Shown: positions 13,148 through 20,628 of the stretch, one piece after another
Numbering within the stretch: the stretch's first letter is position 1
Layout: every line of letters starts with the position of its first letter
Assembly (NCBI GenBank): GCA_963751725.1
Contig: CAVVVQ010000022.1
Coordinates: forward strand, 99,344-163,343
Source: an uncultured Verrucomicrobiae bacterium
GTDB lineage: Bacteria > Verrucomicrobiota > Verrucomicrobiia > Chthoniobacterales > UBA10450
Direction: 5' to 3'
Length of the DNA stretch: 64,000 nucleotides
Program-made: the position numbers and the translations under genes
Notes under the pieces: model-generated
Told to the model about the DNA's origin: nothing
Seen by the model: only the letters and a program-made list of their open reading frames with translations
The model's database searches: none

Positions 13148-13720
13148 TTAGGCAGGCGCAATATTCTCGCGACCGTATCGCAGCACGCGCGCCATCCAGA
13201 GGAGCTCATCCAGGAAACTGTTAACCCGCCGAACGAAACTCTGATCCTGTAATTCGCCCTTTTCATTAAATAGCTTCTGGACATGGCTGAAATTGACGTC
13301 GGTGAATGTTGTCACCAATCCCAGCTCGCGCATGACGGGTAGTAGATTTTCGATCACCCGAGTTCCACCGAACGGACCGGCCGAGACTCCGCAAAGACCA
13401 ACTGCTTTGTGAATGTATTCCTTCAGATTCATGTCCAGCGCATGCTTAAGAAGTCCGGGATATCCGTGATTATATTCCGGCACGACCAGGATGAGACCAT
13501 CTGCGCGATCCACTGTAGCGGCAAAGGCTGGATCCTTCATTTCCTCTCCGGCGTCATCCAGGCGCATGTGCAGCGAGCGAATATCAATTAAAACTGTTTC
13601 GACACCCGCCCTTTTCTTGGTTTCTTCAAAAACGAAACGAGCCGGGTGCTCGCTCCGTCTTCCCTGTCTCGGTGTGCCAAGGATTACAGGGATAAAAAGT
13701 GGGCGATCAGTAGTAGGCAT
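13148..13720 (-). CDS. NAD(P)H-dependent FMN reductase family oxidoreductase
   Basis: Intact at 190 aa. It has a flavodoxin-like pattern: [17 protein letters not shown]..., [21 protein letters not shown] and [12 protein letters not shown]. Confidence 0.7.
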   Translation of the reverse strand: MPTTDRPLFIPVILGTPRQGRRSEHPARFVFEETKKRAGVETVLIDIRSLHMRLDDAGEEMKDPAFAATVDRADGLILVVPEYNHGYPGLLKHALDMNLKEYIHKAVGLCGVSAGPFGGTRVIENLLPVMRELGLVTTFTDVNFSHVQKLFNEKGELQDQSFVRRVNSFLDELLWMARVLRYGRENIAPA

Positions 13721-13780
13721 TACGAGGAAGTGTGATTGCGGTCATACCCGCGAGTCAACGCTGGATTCGTCTAACGCATG

Positions 13781-13972
13781 GATCCAATACCAAGGAGGGG
13801 CGGTTGCCGAACCGCCCACTCAACCGCGAAATAGGACTTAGACTCCATGGCAGCCACGTGAATCGATTCCTTTTCTCAAGCGATCGCGGACAAGACCAAA
13901 GTCGTTCACGTTGCGTTCAGAATCACCGCTCTTTCGGGCGGTTCGGCAACCGCCCCTCCTTGGTATTGGATC
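13781..13972. repeat. MITE-like element, family C, with a perfect 37-bp terminal inverted repeat
   Basis: Left TIR gatccaataccaaggaggggcggttgccgaaccgccc (13781-13817) is the exact reverse complement of 13936-13972. Each TIR contains its own hairpin, GGGCGG-N8-CCGCCC. Confidence 0.85.
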
Positions 13973-13998
13973 ACGTTGCGACACGAATGCTCCAGTAA

Positions 13999-14743
13999 TC
14001 ACCGCCTGATTCCACCAACTTCCCTTCGAACTCTCTCCGTCTGCTTGTTGTAATGCACTTCGTACTTATCAAGCGAACCACCGCGTCCTTGATAATCGAC
14101 CTCGAATTTCCATGAACCCGGACTAACCGGTTTCTTGCTGAAAAGGTAATCAACCCAACGTTCTGTCCGTGTTGAACGTTTACCTTTGGGATTCGTTACC
14201 GTCAGCTGCGTTTCGTATTGGATCACCTTGTCTTGACGCTCGCTATACCCAAACAATGCAGTCGCTAGTCCCATACAGGCCTCGGCATCAAACAACGCAA
14301 ACTCAAAGGCTTTGCCGTCACCGTTGAAATCCTGCAGCCATAAAAGCGTTGGCTTTCCTTCCTTTTCCTTTTCCGACGCCTTCGACATGGTAATAATAAT
14401 CCCCGCGAATGCTGTACGGGAGATCGAACTCGTTACCTTCGCGCGGCAAAATATTGACCGTATTGATTACCTGCCGCGATTCTGCGTTGACCAACGAAAT
14501 GCGGGTCGGGCCACTATTGAAATTACCTCTCGTGTATTCAGGACACGTATAAGAGTCATCCGGAGTTTCGCGCGGATGTTTGGTTGGACGCACCATCCAG
14601 AGGATCAACATTCGCGTCGGCGTAACTTTCTGCATCTCGATAATAACAGCCCCCTCACCCAGCGGATATTCGTCACCACGTGACGTGGCGAAAACGGTTT
14701 CGGTTGAAAGAACAATGCCGATAAATAGCGATAGTATTCTCAT
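13999..14743 (-). CDS. Secreted protein of unknown function (one frame switch near 14380)
   Basis: ORF 14318..14743 starts with the signal-like MRILSLFIGIVLSTETVFA. ORF 13999..14388 continues it (..KEGKPTLLWLQDFNGDGKAFEFALFD..). I recognise no family. Confidence 0.4.
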
Positions 14744-14830
14744 TGGAATTCCAAAGCTTGCTTAGGATTCGGCGAAAAAAGCAAGTCTCACTCTATTTCG
14801 AAGACGAATGCGGTTAGGAGATTTGCAGCT

Positions 14831-15098
14831 TTGTAGTGGCGCTTCGACGAAGCTGTACGTGTTTAGCGTGTCGATTTTCCTGAAAATAGCCCAGCGTTTT
14901 AACGCTGGGTGTCGACCCCATAATCATCTTTGAGTCCCGTCAGGGACGACAGAAGCGCCACCGACAAGCATTGGGTCTGTCGTCCCTAAAGGGACTGAGG
15001 CCGTTTTCACTATCACCTCCCAGCGTTAAAACGCTGGGCTATTTTCAGAAGGCGAGCTCACGCAAACACATGCCGCTTCGCAGAAGCGCCCCTACAAC
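14831..15098. repeat. Composite nested repeat: a family-A REP interrupted by a 30-bp-TIR element that itself encloses a third palindrome
   Basis: Outer arms lie at 14831-14853 and 15072-15098 (family A). Inner perfect TIRs lie at 14880-14909 and 15019-15048 (ctgaaaatagcccagcgttttaacgctggg). The innermost arms lie at 14933-14952 and 14977-14996 (agtcccNNNagggacgacag). Confidence 0.85.
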
Positions 15099-15152
15099 CC
15101 CTCCCCCGTTATTCGTTGCAATTCAGCCGACCATAGTCGTATTAAGAATAGT

Positions 15153-15338
15153 ATGACTGAGAAGGACAAGAGCAGCGAAGGCGAGGACAAATCGGCCGAC
15201 AAAAAAGGCGAGGTCGGTGGCCGCAGCACTCGAATGTTCTCCGTTTGCCCGCATTGCGGTGCGCGCCACAACATTGTCAATGACACCAAAGGCGTTTGGA
15301 TTTGTCCCGATTGCGGTAAACCGTACGATCCGTATTAG
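15153..15338 (+). CDS. Small zinc-ribbon protein (61 aa)
   Basis: It has an acidic/Lys-rich N-terminus followed by CPHCGARH-x17-CPDCG, i.e. two CxxC pairs. It is flanked by repeat elements on both sides. Confidence 0.4.
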   Translation: MTEKDKSSEGEDKSADKKGEVGGRSTRMFSVCPHCGARHNIVNDTKGVWICPDCGKPYDPY

Positions 15339-15361
15339 CTAACTGCGCTTCTACAATTGAA

Positions 15362-15473
15362 GCCACGGATTTACACGGATTAAACACGGATGGATGGAAG
15401 TCCAATTCTGTTTCCGTGTTTCATCTGCCTGCCGCGCCGTAGCCTGGGCGAAGGCGGGTGTTAATCCGTGGCC
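15362..15473. repeat. Palindromic repeat, family D (GCCACGGATT..CACGGATTAAAC type)
   Basis: The left end is gccacggatttacacggattaaacacggatgg. The right end is ..ttccgtgtttcatctg...gtgttaatccgtggc, an inverted copy. The same motif recurs at 29043-29121. Confidence 0.7.
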
Positions 15474-15496
15474 AACAAACATCCAGCCGACAACAT

Positions 15497-16812
15497 TTAC
15501 CGGCTGACCGTTATCCCAAACGGCGCAAATTTCGATTGCCCATCGATCTGCACCTGCGCAAACAGCCGATAGAAACCAGGGCGTAACGCATAAATCTGAA
15601 ACTCAAGTTCTGGCCCGCCCCGCGCATTTGGATCCAGAACGGGCGCGCCTTTCGGATGCATATGTAGGATCGTTTTGTAGTCCTGGTTAAACCCAACCAA
15701 ATGCGCGAACGCCGCCATGACCGGCTCCAGATTCGTAACGCCTTCGCCATTCCCGTTTGTGATCCGTAATCTTGCCAACGCAGGACGACCCACTTGAATT
15801 GGTTGTTGCGCCATAACCAGTTCGAACTGCAAACCGTCCACCGCTGCCTTGAAGTTCACACTACGATCGGTCAATGGTTCCCCGGTTCCTTTCCCAGGGA
15901 TATCGGTCATCGCGTACTCTTGAAGGCCGAGCGGGTACGGTCTCAGATCCGCCCAGACCCGATAGCCACCCGCTTTTTTCGGGGTGAAACTGAACGAATA
16001 TTCGCCCGGCTCACGGGTCGGTTCCGGATGTTCGTGGTGATAATCGGTTAGGCTGCTGTCGATGATAAAAAGATGAATCTTCTTGGTGTGGGTCTCGATC
16101 AGATCTGAAAACAGGACAGGATCACCGTCAGGTCGTTGGAGATGCAGAATCGCGGTAGCCGGTTTATCCACCTCCAGCAGCTCAGGGGATGTAACTTTTG
16201 CGCGAACCGTTTCCTGACCAACCACCGGAAAACTCGCGTCCGCCGGCAGAACGCGACATATCTGATCGAGAGGCATTCCGCATTTAGCACAGAAATCGGT
16301 CCGCTTTCCAATAACGTCCCGATGCATTGGACAAGTGAACGTCTCAAGAAACAACTTGGCTTCCTTGACGACTGGTTTCGGGAAAAAACCCTTCACCTTT
16401 TCAAACGATTCAAGGACTTTGGCCAAGGCCGCTTCCGATTGCGGCTGCTGATTTAGGTCCGCTGCGATATGCAGCTTGCTGACCAGCTGACAAAACGTGG
16501 TTAGGCTCGCTTTGAATTTTTCGGCCTGCTTTGCTGCAATCCCAGTCGCCTGGGCCATTAATTCAGTCGCAGCCGCAGCCAAAATTACGTCTTCGTTATG
16601 GATCGCAGTCAGATCCCTGGTTTGGACGTAAAACTCAAGCTGTTTCGAAACCTGCCACAACATCGCAAGCGACCTTGCCTGCACTGCGGTCGGGATTGGG
16701 GTACTCGATGGCGCTTTCGCGGCGACCTTTGGCGCCGGTGTCGGCGTCGGCGTCGGTTAGTTCCGGCGCCGTGAACGCAATTCAGCAAGAAAACAAAAGC
16801 GACGACAACCAA
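15497..16812 (-). CDS. Periplasmic heavy-metal-binding-domain protein (one frame switch near 16755)
   Basis: The motif FTCPMHRDVIGKRTDFCAKCGMPLD matches the Cys4 heavy-metal-binding domain seen on CusB-like proteins. His-rich sites are TDYHHEHPEP and LHMHPKG. The hydrophobic N-terminus MVVVAFVFLLNCVHG (ORF 16609..16812) joins a PTPTPTPAPK linker in the main frame. Confidence 0.5.
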
Positions 16813-16930
16813 CAGCAGCTAATGTTGCTACCGGGAATTCTCACAAAACCGTCGAACCTACCACGCTAGCGGAGAATTTCACGAAGGTGATCCTTTGGAC
16901 TGCGGTGGCAAGCGTGCGCGCTTTATGTAC

Positions 16931-17109
16931 GCAGGTTTCCAACCTGCAGAACGCGATCGGTCATTGCGATGTCATGCAGACTGGAAACCGCGACACAGTG
17001 GAACCGTCACTCGTATCGCAGATTTCTATCTGCTGATCGTTGTGATTCACTTGACGCTCAGCAGAGCGGAAGTCAGCGCTCGGCAGGTTTGGAAACCGCG
17101 CCACAGCGC
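16931..17109. repeat. Cluster of short hairpin repeats, family F (GCAGGTTT(GG/CC)AAACC type)
   Basis: gcaggtttccaacctgc (16931-16947) is a perfect 7-bp stem. Related units are gcagactggaaaccgcgacacag (~16976) and ggcaggtttggaaaccgcgccacagcgc (17082-17109). gcagatttctatctgc lies at 17018-17033. Confidence 0.65.
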
Positions 17110-17121
17110 TTCTAATCGCTC

Positions 17122-18823
17122 TTATTGTCCCGTAGCATCCGATATCGGCCCGGGCGGTCGACTCGCGTAGGGCGAAGCGATATCGCCAAAAATCAGCACA
17201 TCGTAATTCTGATTGGTCTGATCTCCCGTAACCGACGGATAACTGCGACTTGCTGGAATGAACTTATAGATTCCAACGGCGGCGCTTGGATGGCCGAAGA
17301 AGAATTGTCGAATCGCAATCGCATCCACCGTGTTGACGAGGTTATCGGCGTTTACGTCGGCTGCGAGTAATTTGCACCCGGTCAGCAGACCAAACTGCAA
17401 AAAGTGCCTTTGGACAGCGACGATGTCGACCGTATTGATCGTTGGCGTCGCCGGAGTCACTCCGCTCTTGCTCGGGGTAACGGTGTAGCTTCCACCAGCA
17501 ATTACAGAGGTAAATTGATAGAAACCTGATCCGTCGGAAAGCGTCGAGCCCGCAACTGCGCCGGTTAGCGTCAGCGTGGCATTTTCAATTGGATCTGGAT
17601 TTGGACTCGAACAGTACGAGAGAGTGCCTGAAATGTTCACCATCGGTGGCGGCGTCGGCGATGCGCTGATGTCGTTATGGTAATGAGACCGTTAGCTTTG
17701 GACAACTTGATACGTGGACAATTGGTCGTCGATAAACTGGAAATTATTCGGACTGCGCTTGCCAGACCAACGCACTCGCACTTCCCGTGACGCCACTAAC
17801 TCTGCGCATGATCAAGTTGAATAGCGTTCCCGAACCGCTCAATGGTGTGAAGTCGACGGAAAACGCGGAGACCCGAGCGATCTTTATTGTCCCGGACACC
17901 GGAAGAATACCGAAAGAGATATTCCAGTTATTAGCGGTTAGCCCGGCGGCTTGAACGAATGGCGATTGGAACGTCACGACTGCCGAATCAAAAGTGAAGT
18001 CGCCCTGAAATCCGACATAACCAGGATCACCGGGATCCGGACTCGGATTTGGACCGGGATTCGGAAACGGCGACACGGCCGACGTCGCGACTGGCAGCAG
18101 AATATTCGTAGTCGTTGGGACCGACGTATCGAAATTAGCGATCGGCAGGGAAACAGTTGGCGCGCCAGGCGGCGGCGATGCAGTCGGTGCCGCGGTTGGC
18201 TGTCGGACTCGGCGTGGGCGTTGCCGTTCCAGCCGGCGTTGCGGTCGGCGTCGACATCGGCGCGGAGATGGTAATAAGTCCGTTATTTTGATTTGGCGTG
18301 AACTGATTCAACTCGTCGTCCTGAAATTGAAATTGGTTTGGAACGGGCTTCCAGCTAAGGGCGCTGGCTGCGCCGGTCGAGCTAGTTACCCTCAGCATTC
18401 GCAAATTGAATAGCGTTCCCGACCCGGAGAGTGGAACGAAATCATTTGAAATACCTTCAAGACGCAAGGTCTTGATCGCGCCCGGTCCGGAATTGATAAG
18501 GTGACCCGTGATATTCCAATTCCCGCGCCACCAGTTAGGCCGGCTTTTTCTGCGCCTTGAGCGTCGAAGCTGACGACCGATGAGTCGAAAGTGAAATCAC
18601 CCAGAAACGCGACATAATGCAGACTCGCATCAATGTTCGTCGTCATCACTGGCTGCAAAATAATATTCCCACTCGGCACCGACGGATTAAATTCCGCCGT
18701 CGGCAGAGTAACTGTGATCGTCGATTCCGGAGACGCCGGAGCAGCGCTAGCGGTCGAAGCCAGGACGATCGCCGCCAAGCCTATTGCAATGACGAACAGG
18801 GGAATGCGGTTCACATATTTCAT
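17122..18823 (-). CDS. Secreted protein with 2 cohesin-like domains, PT linkers, a CarboxypepD_reg-like domain and a dockerin-like C-terminus (at least 3 frame switches)
   Basis: Signal peptide: MKYVNRIPLFVIAIGLAAIVLASTASA. The cohesin-like blocks are duplicated (FLGDFTFDSSVVSF..PLSGSGTLFNLRMLRV and FQGDFTFDSAVVTF..PLSGSGTLFNLIMRRV). Linker: TPTATPAGTATPTPSPT. The dockerin-like Ca loop is DVNADNLVNTVDAIAI. Confidence 0.55.
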
Positions 18824-19110
18824 CTGTTTAGATCGTGGACCGAATAGGAGGCAGCGAATTCAGTTCGATTGAGTCTGCCCTTCCCACCGCGGACTTGCAA
18901 GGCTGAGTCCGACAGCGAACCCCCCCACTTTCCATTGCGCTCCGCTTGGGATGCAGGCCACGCTCAATCCAAGAGCGGCGGAGCATCGCCGCACTCCAGA
19001 TTAACGCAGAGGGAGCAGATATCTTAGCATGAGGCCTTCAGGCGAGCCATCGGCTAATCTGCGTTAGTCTGTGCAATCTGCCGATCAATCTTCCAGAACG
19101 AACAGTTAGA

Positions 19111-20497
19111 TCACGGATTGGCGATCGGATTTGCCACGTCACCCAGGATAATCACATCGTAATTCTGGGCGGTTTGGTCACCGCTCAGCGGTGAGTACCA
19201 GCGGCTCGCTGGCGTAAAGTTGTACTGTCCGACGTTGCCAATGCCCGTTGTCCGACCTAACGCGAAACTTTGAATGGCAAGAACATCTACCGTGTTTATT
19301 CCACCGCTCCGGCACAATCACCAGCTGACAAACGACAACCTGTAAGCAGAACACGGTTAAGAGCATGATTTTGTTCGGCAATAACATCGACAGTAGTGAT
19401 TCCGTTTGAACCAGGCGCTCGAGACGCTTTGGTCGGCGTGACCGTGTAATTGCCGCTCATAGACAATCCAACGAATTGATAGGCCCCGGCGCCATCTGAG
19501 GAGAGCACGCCGCTCGAACTTCCAGTCAACGTTATCGTTACGCCAACCAGCGGCACAGGTGTAGCCGCTGCACACAACGCAACTGTCCCGGAGATCGCAG
19601 CTGTTGCCGGTGTGGGTGTGGCAGTAGGAGTAGCAGTCGGGCTCGGTGTTGGCGTCGGAGTGCCTTCTGACGGGATACACGTAGTGGCGTGGCAATCGTA
19701 GGCAACGCTATCAATACCGATGTAGTTACTGATTAACTCCGGCAGGGCCTCCGTTCTCAACGAAGTAACGGAAAGCGATTCGGACAGTCCCACTCGGCAA
19801 GCAAGGAAGTTGCACACCAAATGCCGTCCAGATCGTCGGATAACCGCCCATTGCGTAAGTTGGATTAATATCCAGCAAGAGAGTGGTGAAATCGCCAACA
19901 TCCGTCGGGCCAGTCCCGACGTTCGAGCTATTGCCATTCGTGCTGAGGCGGACCTGCAATCGATCCGGGAAACTTCGAATCGGTTACGGTTCTGGTCCAA
20001 AAGACGAAACTGACCGCGCGATCCGTTGGACACTGACAGCGGAGGCAGAACCAACCAGTTGCTGATCGTTTCCGTCCCGATCGTTCCATTAGTGCTCTGA
20101 TAATTTGCCGCGATATAAGCGTTGGCCGCACCTGCCTGGGAGGTGAACACCGCCGTATTGCCTTGGAACCAACTAATTCCAAGGGGCGCTGAGCTATTGT
20201 TTCGCATGACCCAGCCAGAGGGAACCAGGCGTTGCAATATCTGCAAAATCGATGATACCACCAGGCGAAGAGAAAAAACAGACCGGCGGCGGTGGAGTCG
20301 GAGTTGGAGTTGGAGTTGGAAATCCTAGCGGGTCCAGTCTCCTGCCTTCCACCGGATTGCATCGCAAAAGCAATCAGCACAGGAGTCGCCAGGACCGCAA
20401 GATAGATCAAGACACGTAGAAGGCCGGATGCGGATCTGAATATCGTGTTCCCTTCCATAACAAGGCTGTCGTCAGGGCAGCCCCCAAGGCTTTTCAC
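19111..20497 (-). CDS. Secreted protein with a choice-of-anchor-J-like domain, PT linker, CarboxypepD_reg-like domain and dockerin-like C-terminus (several frame switches)
   Basis: The TM/signal is LLRVLIYLAVLATPVLIAFA. Domain segments are SWFQGNTAVFTSQAGAANAYIAANY..ISNWLVLPP and RIAFRYFVENGGPAGVN. The linker is [18 protein letters not shown]. The C-terminal module is paralogous to 17122..17700 (ISGTV..VTITLTG..YQF..YTVTPTK..ITTVDVIA..INTVDVLAIQSF..QNYDVIILGDVANP). The start may be the Met at 20458. Confidence 0.5.
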
Positions 20498-20628
20498 GGT
20501 CTATCAAATTCAAGTGGCACTTACAAGCGTGAATAAGTAGTGCCGCTTCTGAAGGTTCAGAAAAATCGGCCTCCACTTCCTTCTCCTCATTTTGTTAATT
20601 CTGTACATTCTGTCGAAAACCCTGAAAC

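Noticed and set aside
14971-15156. Plus-strand ORF of 61 aa
   Set aside because: It lies entirely inside the nested palindromic repeat structure (14831-15098).
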